From an uncultured Pirellulales bacterium (lineage in GTDB: Bacteria > Planctomycetota > Phycisphaerae > Sedimentisphaerales > SM23-30): 64,000 bases of DNA. A program made the translations under genes and the position numbers. Below are positions 9,784 to 18,787 of the stretch, one piece after another (the first letter of the stretch is position 1; every line of letters begins with the position of its first letter). Where the stretch lies: positions 78,591 to 142,590 of the forward strand of contig CAYZXY010000001.1 of NCBI GenBank assembly GCA_964482555.1, written 5' to 3'. The notes beneath the pieces are model-generated. The model did no database searches. It worked only from the letters and a program-made list of their open reading frames with translations, and was not told the DNA's origin.

Positions 9784-9950
9784 GGGGTGCTCATTATAAG
9801 AGAGCCCTTATAGATTATTTATCAGAATTGGCTTCGCCTGCGCTTCGCTGCGGCTCAGACCAGCCTTAATGCAGGCAGTATGCCTGCGATACAATAGCAT
9901 ACTTAAGATCATCTTCGCTGCGTTCGGGATTCGCCTATGCATGGCACCCC
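9784..9950. repeat. ~167-bp element bounded by short inverted termini GGGGTGC...GCACCCC, single copy in window
   Basis: Termini GGGGTGC / GCACCCC. Internal direct repeats CTTCGCTGCG (x2) and TTCGCCT(G/A) flank a central hairpin GCAGGCA-gta-TGCCTGC (9871..9887). The size and first bases resemble Family-2, but the similarity is weak. Confidence 0.3.
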
Positions 9951-10434
9951 ATTGAAATATAAAACTCACAATGGGGATAATTTCACAACAAATAGTGGTA
10001 TAACCAATCGGGTATCCCGAAAGACCTCGGCAATGGCGAAGAATGACCGTATCCTGCTTATTTATAGTAAGTTACGCGATATTAAGGTCGGGAAGTTAAG
10101 CAGGTAACGGTATAAATACAGGACTCATGCTTGCCAGGTAAGTTATGAGACGGTAGAATTAAGGCTTAAGAATTGAATGCGGCATTGAGTCAGATTGCCG
10201 TAAGTCCATGAAATATGAGTGGTTGTTGAATATCAGCCGCAAATCTAATTTCCAACAAATCATTGCTATACTTCAGGTTGGATGTTATTATACCACATAA
10301 AATAAATTCAGATTATGAATCGAGCTGCATGAAAGTGAGCGATGCCAACTTGCAATCTGGAATTATAAGCGATGAAGTGACGTTGATCTCAGGCACAATC
10401 TGACACGGAAGACAACAGTGAAAGGGTTCAATTC

Positions 10435-11487
10435 GTGATACTGGATTCCTTATTTGGTCTTTTTTCCTTAGATATGGGTATTGATCTGGGAACCTGTAAT
10501 ACACTGGTTTGTGTTCGTGGTGAGGGAATTGTGTTAAATGAGCCTTCGGTTGTCGCGGTCCGCAAAGGGACAAACCGTGTTTTGCAGGATGGCAATGCCG
10601 TTGGACTGGTTGCGAAAGAAATGCTGGGGAAAACACCCGGATCCATTTCGGCGATTCGTCCATTGAAGGACGGCGTGATCAGTGACTTCGAGATTACCGA
10701 GGCGATGCTGAGCTATTTTATCCGTAAAGTACACGGTCGCAGAGGTTTAATTCGTCCACGAGTGGTGATAGCGGTACCGTCGGGGATTACGGCGGTGGAA
10801 AAAAGAGCCGTTCTGGATTCAGCAATCCGGGCCGGCGCTCGAAAGGTGTATCTCGTGCAGGAGCCTATGGCGGCAGGCTTGGGTTCTGGTATGCCCATCA
10901 CGGACCCCACCGCATCCATGATTGTAGATATCGGCGGCGGTACAACCGAAGTGGCGATTATGAGCCTGGCGGACATCAGCGTACGGGAATCGGTCCGGGT
11001 AGCCGGTGATGATATGGACGAAGCTATCATCAACCACCTGAAAAGGACCTATAATCTGTTAATAGGCGAACCGCGTGCGGAACGCATAAAAATTGAAATC
11101 GGCTCAGCCGCCCCGCTACAGGAAGAACGGACGATGGAAATTGCCGGTCGTGATACGATTTCGGGCCTGCCGCGAAAAATCGTCATTACCAGTGAAGAAA
11201 TCCGGGAGTCGCTGAAAGAACCAATATCGGCGATTATCGACGCCGTAACGACGACGCTGGAAAAGGCCGAACCGGAGCTGGCGGCGGACCTGATTGAAAA
11301 CGGTATCTGTCTGGCGGGCGGCGGTGCGTTGCTGCGGAAACTCGATACAGTTCTCAGCAATGCCACGGGGCTGAAGGTTCGAGTGGCCGAAGATCCGTTG
11401 ACCTGTGTCGCCAGAGGAACCAGCGTGTATCTGGAAAATCTGGAGCTCTGGAAAGACACACTCGAATCAGATGATACGAATATTTAA
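10435..11487 (+). CDS. mreB: rod-shape-determining actin homologue MreB
   Basis: GTG start. FSLDMGIDLGTCNTLVCVRGEGIVLNEPSVVAV, VVIAVPSGITAVEKRAV, DIGGGTTEVAIMSL and GICLAGGGALLRKLD are canonical MreB/actin-fold motifs. Confidence 0.96.
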   Translation: MILDSLFGLFSLDMGIDLGTCNTLVCVRGEGIVLNEPSVVAVRKGTNRVLQDGNAVGLVAKEMLGKTPGSISAIRPLKDGVISDFEITEAMLSYFIRKVHGRRGLIRPRVVIAVPSGITAVEKRAVLDSAIRAGARKVYLVQEPMAAGLGSGMPITDPTASMIVDIGGGTTEVAIMSLADISVRESVRVAGDDMDEAIINHLKRTYNLLIGEPRAERIKIEIGSAAPLQEERTMEIAGRDTISGLPRKIVITSEEIRESLKEPISAIIDAVTTTLEKAEPELAADLIENGICLAGGGALLRKLDTVLSNATGLKVRVAEDPLTCVARGTSVYLENLELWKDTLESDDTNI

Positions 11488-11569
11488 GCTCCAGGAATCA
11501 GTTTTTTGGGGTGATGCCGGTTTTTATCGGGCCTGGTAAAATTCATCGTATATGATATAATATAAGCCT

Positions 11570-11694
11570 TATGTGCCCAAAGGGTATGAGGATGGCCGCC
11601 AGAGATAAACGTAAGTATATTATTTTCACATATTTACTGTTTTTCAGATGGACGGCGTCATTGGTTTCAAGTATTAAACCGAACGGAGTATAAA
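11570..11694 (-). repeat. Family-1 interspersed repeat, copy 5 (divergent, longer)
   Basis: Plus strand TGTGCCCAAAGGGTATGAGGATGGCCGCCAGAGATAAACGTAAG ... CCGAACGGAGTATAAA. Both termini match the family, the middle has diverged. Confidence 0.6.
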
Positions 11695-11721
11695 CATAAC
11701 CAACCGGAGCAGGGACGTATA

Positions 11722-12618
11722 GTGAGTTGGTCAAGACAGAAAAAGTTATCCGCCAGACAGGTGTTCATCTATATCATGACAGGGGCGTTCGTCTGCCTGT
11801 TAATACCGCATGAAGTGACGGACAAACTGGATCATGTTCTGGGATGGGCGGTCACGCCATTTACCAAAACCGGCCGCGGCCTGTCTTTGCAGGTGACGGA
11901 CAAGCTGCGCCAGGATGCCCCGATGGCTTTGACGCAGAAGGAATACCAGATTCTGCTGCATAATCAGCAGCAGCAAAAGATCAAAATCGCCAATCTGGAG
12001 CAGGAATTAAAGCGGTACAAGGAGATTAATGTCATTCTTTCGGGATTACGGCAGGATTTCGGGCAGCAGCAGGCGACATTCATATCCAGTCTCGTAACCG
12101 GTGACGATTCCAGTAATATCCGGGATGTCAGTTTTCTCAATCGCGGAAGTCTGCATCAGGTCGAGAAAGGGCAGATCGCATTAAGCCCGTTTCGCGTTGA
12201 AACAGTAAATGCTGATGGCGAAGGTGAGGCTTTAAGTTATCTGATGGCGGTGGTCGGCAAGATCGAAGACAGCAGCCTGAAGACGTCGCGGCTGCAGCTA
12301 TTGAGCGATCCGGACTTTTGTCTCAAGGTTACGATTGTGCCGCACTGGTCCCGCCAGGAGAACTGGCACACCAACGGCATGCTTTACGGCCACGGCATGA
12401 GCCGCATCAGCGTTTCAATGATTTCGACGGATTTTCCCGTTCAACCGGGCGATATTGTCCTGGCCCGTAAAGAAGCGAGGTATCTGCCGGTGAATATGGT
12501 CATTGGAACGGTTCAAAGCTGTACGCGTAAGAAGGATCCCCCGCTGGAATGGGAAATCACGGTCAAACCGTATGCGGATTTATATCACCTGAACGATATT
12601 TATATTGTAAAGATTTGA
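11722..12618 (+). CDS. mreC: rod-shape-determining protein MreC
   Basis: GTG start after GGAGCAGGGA. N-terminal TM (VFIYIMTGAFVCLLI), coiled-coil QKEYQILLHNQQQQKIKIANLEQELKRYKE, then a beta-rich C-terminal domain. Position directly after mreB. Confidence 0.85.
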   Translation: MSWSRQKKLSARQVFIYIMTGAFVCLLIPHEVTDKLDHVLGWAVTPFTKTGRGLSLQVTDKLRQDAPMALTQKEYQILLHNQQQQKIKIANLEQELKRYKEINVILSGLRQDFGQQQATFISSLVTGDDSSNIRDVSFLNRGSLHQVEKGQIALSPFRVETVNADGEGEALSYLMAVVGKIEDSSLKTSRLQLLSDPDFCLKVTIVPHWSRQENWHTNGMLYGHGMSRISVSMISTDFPVQPGDIVLARKEARYLPVNMVIGTVQSCTRKKDPPLEWEITVKPYADLYHLNDIYIVKI

Positions 12619-12619
12619 T

Positions 12620-13123
12620 GTGCGCTGGCTGAATCTTTCCATTATGATGCTGTTTGTACTGATCATTCAAATGAGCTTTGGTCGATTCGGGCTGGGGCCG
12701 CAGCGCATTATGCCCGATCTGCTTTTGATGATGGCGGTGATTGTGGCCTTTCGAGGACCGGCTGATCAGGCGCCGGTAGCGGGGTGCGTGCTGGGGATTC
12801 TCAAGGATTTAAGCAGTCTGGCGCCACTGGGGACTTATACGATTACCCTGGGATTGCTGACGTGGGCGATTGTCCGCATTCGAGATGTGTTTTACGGGGA
12901 ACATCCGCTGGCGCTGATCCTGATTATGTTTGTCGGCAGCTTTCTGGTGGAAACCCTGGCGCTGGGTATCTCGCTGCTGAAACAGGAAATGAACCGCAGC
13001 GATCCGTGGATGGTTATTTTTTTTACCGCCCTGCTTACCGCCGGAGTCGCCCCGTATGCCCAATGGATCATCATGAAATTCCATCGTCAACTGGGTATCC
13101 CCCAGCGCCGCAGTTATGGATAG
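12620..13123 (+). CDS. mreD: rod-shape-determining protein MreD (polytopic membrane protein)
   Basis: 167 aa and almost entirely hydrophobic helices. Begins 2 nt after the mreC stop. Call rests mainly on synteny and topology. Start (GTG 12620 vs ATG 12644) is uncertain. Confidence 0.7.
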   Translation: MRWLNLSIMMLFVLIIQMSFGRFGLGPQRIMPDLLLMMAVIVAFRGPADQAPVAGCVLGILKDLSSLAPLGTYTITLGLLTWAIVRIRDVFYGEHPLALILIMFVGSFLVETLALGISLLKQEMNRSDPWMVIFFTALLTAGVAPYAQWIIMKFHRQLGIPQRRSYG

Positions 13124-13231
13124 TCTCCGTTACAATCCGGCGTAAGAGGCCTGCAACCCTGAATACGGGATTTCAGTTGATTATTACACAGCGTGCGACG
13201 AAGCCTTCCCGTTTTCTCTAATGGGTGTGTC

Positions 13232-13372
13232 TATACGATCCAATCGGCTTCACGTCCTGCCTCACGTTTTCGAGCCAGGCTTGCCTCTTCCATGCGATGC
13301 GTCTTACGCCCACCAGACACATTTTCCGTAGCCCTGGCAGGCGTTTGCTGTCCGATGGGGTTACATACAATA
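13232..13372 (+). repeat. degenerate, expanded Family-1-like repeat
   Basis: CTATACGATCCAATCGG...CGTTTTCGAG...CTTACGCCCACC...GCCCTGGCAGG...CCGATGGGGTTACATA keeps the family landmarks in order but with many changes and extra sequence. Confidence 0.3.
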
Positions 13373-13397
13373 TGAACGGCTGTATCGCGGCAGCCGT

Positions 13398-13565
13398 TTA
13401 ATTGTATGGAACACTGGGTACCGATGCCGTCAAATTCATGGCATCAACTTCAAGCAGGTGGCTCATGTACTCTTTCAATTCCTGATCGTCAAACTGGGTG
13501 AGAAAATCCACTGTGGCGGTTGAATTCAACTGCCGAATCGCTTCAATAAGTTCACATTTACTCAT
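13398..13565 (-). CDS. hypothetical 55-aa protein (possible peptide partner of the divergent radical-SAM gene)
   Basis: MSKCELIEAIRQLNSTATVDFLTQFDDQELKEYMSHLLEVDAMNLTASVPSVPYN. ATG at 13565 preceded by TTGGAGC (GGAG, 8-nt spacing). The 105-aa version in the ORF track needs a TTG start without an SD. An 8-bp hairpin AACGGCTG/CAGCCGTT lies just past the stop. Confidence 0.4.
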   Translation of the reverse strand: MSKCELIEAIRQLNSTATVDFLTQFDDQELKEYMSHLLEVDAMNLTASVPSVPYN

Positions 13566-13972
13566 AACAAGCTCCAATCTAAATCGTTCCGGGTTGACAA
13601 TCGACAAAGAGCGGCGTCCTGGAATTCGCTCATAATTGTCGTTCGTCATGTCTATTCTGCCATCGTTACTCCCACTGGCTGACTTATCCGTGCGGAGCTG
13701 AGACGAACAAGCCAAATCGCGACTGTGGGTTTATCGACCCGGGCAACAATTATTCTTTAACAGAATTGCTTTACTAACAAGAATTTATGAATTGTCCGAT
13801 AAAAACGCCGCCAGCGGGAAATCACGTTATTTTTTATCAGACCCGCTATTATTTCCTGTTGAAAAAGCCGTTAAAACAAAATACACCCCATTGGGTACAA
13901 CAGGCTTTGATTCATGGGACCTATAATATTATGATACCATGATAGCCACTTTGTTTTATAATTCGTACTACT

Positions 13973-15040
13973 ATGACACCTGTGAGCTTATCTGACAATG
14001 TGATGAATCGGCGGCTTTCGCCGGCGGAGCCGAAGTTCAAGCTCTGGCATTCGGCGGGGCTGATGCTGACATACTGGTGTTCGAGCCGCTGTGCGTGCTG
14101 TTACAATTTTTCGGGACCGCAGGCGGGCACGCCGGCAACAGAGATGAGCGTCGAACTGGCGCTGGCCTGCTGGCGCAGCGTGATTTCTCTGGCCGGGCTG
14201 CGCGGCAAGGTCCATTTGACGGGAGGCGAGCCGTTTGGCGACTACCCGCGTTTGCGGGAAATCATGCGGCAGGCTCACAAGGAAAAACTGCCCGGTCTGG
14301 AGAAAGTCGAGACCAACGCTTACTGGTGTACGGATGCATCACGGGTCCGGGAGCGATTGCTGGAATTAAAAGAACTGGGATTGACAAAGCTGCAGATCAG
14401 CGCGGATATCTATCATCAGGAATATGTACCGCTCGAACGGGTGCGGCTGGCCCGTGACATAGCGATCAAGACCCTCGGCGTAGATGCGGTTCAGGTTCGC
14501 TGGCGCGATTATGTGGATAATCCGGTATTGGTCGCAGAGATGGATGAGCCGGAGCGGCTGGCGGCCTATGCCGCGGAATTGTCCAAACGAAAAGAAAGAT
14601 TGGTGGGCCGGGCCGCGAAACACCTGGCACCTTTGTTGTCCGACAAACCAGCGACGGAGTTTGCGGGCCAGAACTGCTGCCGGGGTTTGCTGGGTTCGGC
14701 ACATGTACACATTGACGGAATGGGAAATGTGTTTATCGGCACATGCGTGGGGATCATTGCCGGCAAGGTGGGATTGCAGCCGGAAACATCGCTGGAACAT
14801 TTATGGCGGCATTTCGATATGGATGAGCATCCGGTTCTCACGATCCTGCGGCATTCCGGACCGGCCGGCCTGCTGGAAGAAGCGACGAAATATGGTTATC
14901 GCCCGTTGCCGGAGTATGCCAGCAAGTGTCATATGTGTTATCATGTTAGACACTTCCTGCGGAAAATCGAGCCATATTGCCATTACCTGGGCCCCGGCGT
15001 CTGTCACGGCGAGAGTGAGAAACAGGGGGGATATTCATAA
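13973..15040 (+). CDS. radical SAM protein with Cys-rich C-terminal (twitch/SPASM-like) region
   Basis: CX3CX2C motif in LTYWCSSRCACCYNF, GGEPF SAM-binding motif. C-terminal cysteines QNCCRGLLGSAHVHIDGMGNVFIGTC and ASKCHMCYHVRHFLRKIEPYCHYLGPGVCHG. The start is uncertain (no SD). Confidence 0.8.
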   Translation: MTPVSLSDNVMNRRLSPAEPKFKLWHSAGLMLTYWCSSRCACCYNFSGPQAGTPATEMSVELALACWRSVISLAGLRGKVHLTGGEPFGDYPRLREIMRQAHKEKLPGLEKVETNAYWCTDASRVRERLLELKELGLTKLQISADIYHQEYVPLERVRLARDIAIKTLGVDAVQVRWRDYVDNPVLVAEMDEPERLAAYAAELSKRKERLVGRAAKHLAPLLSDKPATEFAGQNCCRGLLGSAHVHIDGMGNVFIGTCVGIIAGKVGLQPETSLEHLWRHFDMDEHPVLTILRHSGPAGLLEEATKYGYRPLPEYASKCHMCYHVRHFLRKIEPYCHYLGPGVCHGESEKQGGYS

Positions 15041-15191
15041 ATAGACAGATATTATCAAGTTACGTCTTGACGAGGACGTATATGGATATTAGAATTTAAT
15101 TGTTTCTATTTCAATTAGTGTAAAGAGTTCACTTTTTGGTATTAACACATTATCTCAGATCAGAGCTTTTTATTATCCTGAATAAACATAA

Positions 15192-16424
15192 ATGGCTGAA
15201 ACCAATATAGATTCCATATTAGGCCGGCTGGTCATCGATAAGCAATTGTGCACAGATGCCGAGGTTCGTGAATGCTATGATGTGATCAAGAATCTTGTCC
15301 GGCAAGGTAAACCGCACAGCCTGGCGGATGCATTGCTGGCTCAGGGATATATTACCAAAACACAACTGTCTCGAATCGCCAGAACGATCGATGAGGCTCG
15401 ACCGACCCATCGCATTCCCGGTCTTCAGATTCTGGAAAAAATTGGCTCGGGGGCGATGGCGACAGTTTTCAAAGCCAGGCAGTTATCGCTGGACCGCATT
15501 GTCGCGATCAAAGTGCTGCCTAAGCGAATGAGCGAGAATCCCGAGTATGTCGAGCGGTTCTACAAGGAGGGACGTGCGGCGGCCCGGTTAAACCATCCGA
15601 ACATTGTTCAGGCAATCGACGTGGGAGAAGCGGGGGGCTATCACTATTTCGTGATGGAATATGTCAAGGGCAAGACGGTTTATGATGATGTCAAAGACGG
15701 AAATGTTTACGACGAAAAAGAGGCACTGAAAGTAATTATACAGATTGCCGAAGCGCTGCAGCACGCGCACGCACGAGGCCTGATACACCGCGACGTCAAA
15801 CCGAAAAACGTCATGATCACCGAAGACGGCATCGCCAAGCTGGCGGACATGGGTCTGGCACGTGAGGTGACAGACCAGCAGGCAGCACAAATGGAAGCCG
15901 GACGAGCCTACGGCACGCCATATTATATCTCGCCCGAACAGATTCGCGGCGAACTGGACATTGACTTCCGGGCGGATATCTATTCGCTGGGCGCGATGTT
16001 TTATCACATGGTGACGGGGCGGGTGCCCTTCGAAGCGCCGACGCCGTCCGCTGTCATGCACAAACACCTCAAGGAAACGCTGGTGCCCCCGGATCACGTC
16101 AACAACGAACTTAGTGTGGGTGCGGCCGAGGTGATCGAGCTGATGATGGCGAAAAATCGCGACGAACGGTATAACAGCGTCAAGACCCTGCAGGAAGACC
16201 TCAACAGCGTGTATAACGGCGAACTGCCGCTACATGCACATCGCCATTTCGATTCGGACGCGCTGGGCGATCTGGAGCGGCAAAGCCCGGAAGCCGACCG
16301 GGAGATCGAAGATGCCTTCGAAGATGGTTCAGACAAGACCGGCACGAAAATTATCCTGATCATCCTGACGGCCATGCTGGTAATCGCGATGCTGATTATC
16401 GTCGTACTGCTAAGCCGACCCTAA
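15192..16424 (+). CDS. Hanks-type Ser/Thr protein kinase with ~75-aa N-terminal helical domain and C-terminal TM anchor
   Basis: GSGAMATVFKA...VAIKVL (ATP site), HRDVKPKNVMI (catalytic loop), ADMGLAR (DFG variant), YISPEQ (APE). C-terminal helix IILIILTAMLVIAMLIIVVLL. Confidence 0.92.
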   Translation: MAETNIDSILGRLVIDKQLCTDAEVRECYDVIKNLVRQGKPHSLADALLAQGYITKTQLSRIARTIDEARPTHRIPGLQILEKIGSGAMATVFKARQLSLDRIVAIKVLPKRMSENPEYVERFYKEGRAAARLNHPNIVQAIDVGEAGGYHYFVMEYVKGKTVYDDVKDGNVYDEKEALKVIIQIAEALQHAHARGLIHRDVKPKNVMITEDGIAKLADMGLAREVTDQQAAQMEAGRAYGTPYYISPEQIRGELDIDFRADIYSLGAMFYHMVTGRVPFEAPTPSAVMHKHLKETLVPPDHVNNELSVGAAEVIELMMAKNRDERYNSVKTLQEDLNSVYNGELPLHAHRHFDSDALGDLERQSPEADREIEDAFEDGSDKTGTKIILIILTAMLVIAMLIIVVLLSRP

Positions 16425-16639
16425 ATCCCTTCCATAAGTCTCCTTTCAGATGAAACCTGGCAAACACCCTCATATCCTTATGAGTGCAAAATAATGCCAT
16501 TTTATTTCGAGCATTAGCTCTCAAAATAGCGTATAATTAGCAATTGTGTTTGCGGCCGCCGTCGGCTTTTCGCCACAAACCATTGTACGTTAAGCAATTA
16601 CATAAATATCACCGCCAATTTTAAAAACAGCGAGAGGAT

Positions 16640-18604
16640 ATGACAGGAAAACTTCTGAAAATGATCGATTCGCCTGCGGATTTACGTCTGCTGACGATAC
16701 CGCAGTTATTGGAACTGGCCGATGAAATTCGCCAGCTTATCAAAATCTCGGTGAGCCGTAATGGAGGACATCTGGCCAGTAATCTGGGCGTCGTCGAGCT
16801 GACCATCGCCCTGAATTACGTGTTCGATTTCTCATACGACCGGGTCGTCTGGGACGTCGGGCATCAGTGCTACATCCAGAAAATACTTACCGGCCGGAAG
16901 CAGGGCTTCGAGCAGCTACGACAGGCCGGGGGCGTCAGCGGTTTTCCCGATCCGCAGGAGAGCATGTATGACCAGTTTAAGGTTGGACATGCCGGTACGG
17001 CGGTCGCGACGGCGGTCGGACTGGCGATGGGCGCCCAGATGCAGGGAACTGACGAAAAAGTCGTCGCGGTCGTCGGCGACGCCAGCATCGTCAACGGCAT
17101 CTCCTTCGAAGGGCTCAACAACACCGACAAGGTCAAACGACAGCTCCTGATCATCATGAACGACAACTCTATGGCGATCGACAAGACCCAGGGCGCCTTT
17201 GCCCAATATCTCACACGCGTGCGGGTCTCGCGAACCTACGAAGACATCCAGCGACACACACGCCAACTGGTCAAACAACTGCCGGTACTCGGCGGCGCCC
17301 TGCACGATACCATCGACCGCATCAAAGGCGGCATCAAATCGACCCTGCTCAACCAGGGTAAATTCGCCCAGCTCGGCATTCCGTTCTACGGCCCTGTGGA
17401 CGGACACGACCTGGCCAATATGATTACGCTCCTGCGAAACATCAAAGAAGTCGATCACCCGATGATTCTGCATGTCTATACCGAAAAGGGACGCGGTTTC
17501 AACCCCGCCAGCCAGAATCCCACGGCTTTCCACAGCACCAAACCGTTTATCGTGGACGGCGAGACAGTCAGCTTCGCCGAAAGCAGCGACCTGAGCTTTA
17601 CCGCTGCCTTCGCCCACGCCCTGGAAGATGTCATGGCGAAAGATGAGCGCGTCGTCGCGATTACCGCCGCCATGCAGGACGGCACGGGCCTCTCCAAACT
17701 GCGCAATGAATTCCCCAACCGCATCATCGACGTCGGCATCGCCGAAAGCGCCGCTATAGATATCGCCGCCGGCATGGCCAAAACCGGCCTGCGACCCGTC
17801 GTCGCCATTTATTCCACCTTTATGCAGCGGTGTTTCGACCAGATTTTCCAGGAAATGGCCCTGCAGAATCTGCCGGTCGTGCTCTGCATGGATCGGGCAG
17901 GCCTGGTGGGAAATGACGGCGCAACCCATCACGGCTTATGCGATATCGCTATGCTCCGACCGCTGCCGAACATGATACTGATGTCGCCCATGGACGACAA
18001 GGAAATGGCTTTGGCCCTGGATTTCGCCATTCATTCCGAGCAGCCCTGTGCCATCCGCTTTCCGCGCGATGTCGTGCCGCAACTGGATAAACTTTTCCTG
18101 AACTATAAACCGGCTCCCTTCGAACCCGGCAAAGCGGCCACCATCCGCCATGGGAGCGATGTATCGATCATGGCCTACGGCCCGATAACTTTCGATGCCT
18201 ATCTGGCCGCGGAAAGCCTCGCCGCCGACGGCATCGAAGCCGGCGTTATCAGCGGCAGATTCGCCAAACCAGTCGATGAAAATCTGCTGGTCGAATTGCT
18301 GGACAACCGTTTCGATACGCCTCTGATAGTGGTTGATGAGCATTCCGTCATAGGTGGTTTCGGCTCGGCTATTCTGGAAACCGCCCAGCTGCTGCGACTG
18401 GATACCAACCGTATTCATTGCCTCGGCACCCCTGACAGATTCATCGAGCACGACACTCGCAAAAAACAGCTCGAAAAATGCGGCCTGACCCCTCAGCAGA
18501 TTGCCGATTACATCCGGCGGGTTCTCAACCAGAGCGGCAAACGAAAGATAGACGGCAAGTGGCGACTGCCGGTCGAAGCCAAAAAAGACACGCAAAAACA
18601 ATAG
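16640..18604 (+). CDS. dxs: 1-deoxy-D-xylulose-5-phosphate synthase
   Basis: GGHLASNLGVVELTIAL...VWDVGHQCY...GHAGTAVATAVG...VVGDASIVNGISFEGLN (TPP-binding) ...DVGIAESAAIDIAAGMA...GNDGATHHG. SD GAGAGGA upstream. Confidence 0.96.
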   Translation: MTGKLLKMIDSPADLRLLTIPQLLELADEIRQLIKISVSRNGGHLASNLGVVELTIALNYVFDFSYDRVVWDVGHQCYIQKILTGRKQGFEQLRQAGGVSGFPDPQESMYDQFKVGHAGTAVATAVGLAMGAQMQGTDEKVVAVVGDASIVNGISFEGLNNTDKVKRQLLIIMNDNSMAIDKTQGAFAQYLTRVRVSRTYEDIQRHTRQLVKQLPVLGGALHDTIDRIKGGIKSTLLNQGKFAQLGIPFYGPVDGHDLANMITLLRNIKEVDHPMILHVYTEKGRGFNPASQNPTAFHSTKPFIVDGETVSFAESSDLSFTAAFAHALEDVMAKDERVVAITAAMQDGTGLSKLRNEFPNRIIDVGIAESAAIDIAAGMAKTGLRPVVAIYSTFMQRCFDQIFQEMALQNLPVVLCMDRAGLVGNDGATHHGLCDIAMLRPLPNMILMSPMDDKEMALALDFAIHSEQPCAIRFPRDVVPQLDKLFLNYKPAPFEPGKAATIRHGSDVSIMAYGPITFDAYLAAESLAADGIEAGVISGRFAKPVDENLLVELLDNRFDTPLIVVDEHSVIGGFGSAILETAQLLRLDTNRIHCLGTPDRFIEHDTRKKQLEKCGLTPQQIADYIRRVLNQSGKRKIDGKWRLPVEAKKDTQKQ

Positions 18605-18763
18605 GGTGCCTCTAATAATTGCTTTTGAGGCGAAAGCGAAGATTTTTTTCGTCTGACAAGAAATGCAAAACCGGGCATATGGGTGACTATTCACGGTTTT
18701 TCATGACGAAGGCCAGAGGGAAAAATGATCGCTTGCAGCCCAAAATGAATTTTTAGTGGTGCC
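18605..18763 (+). mobile_element. Family-2 MITE-like element, copy A (16-bp imperfect TIRs, 6-bp flanking direct repeat)
   Basis: GGTGCCTCTAATAATT...AATTTTTAGTGGTGCC. About 95% identical to 27068..27226. Flanked on both sides by CAATAG (18599..18604 and 18764..18769). The left CAATAG contains the dxs stop codon. Confidence 0.75.
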
Positions 18764-18787
18764 CAATAGTTATTATCGCGGAATCAT

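Noticed and set aside
9784-9950. tmRNA or another housekeeping RNA suggested by the GGGGTGC 5' end. RNase P and SRP RNA were also looked for in the long gaps (4109..4347, 9753..10434, 33279..34051, 36064..37128).
   Set aside because: No tRNA-like T-arm or ..CCACCA 3' end, no tag-peptide frame, no GAGGAAAGTCC (RNase P) and no GGAAGCAGCC-type SRP motif were seen.
10435-13123. mreBCD not followed by mrdA/rodA, and ruvB without ruvA, as possible anomalies.
   Set aside because: Unlinked mrdAB and scattered ruv genes are common in many bacteria, so this is not informative on its own.
15192-15420. N-terminal ~75 aa of the Ser/Thr kinase as a GspE-N/MshEN-like c-di-GMP-binding module (LGRLVIDKQL...LADALLAQGYITKTQL).
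   Set aside because: Only the hydrophobic heptad pattern is similar, and the RLGxx...G signature residues are not conserved. That is too weak to claim without a profile search.
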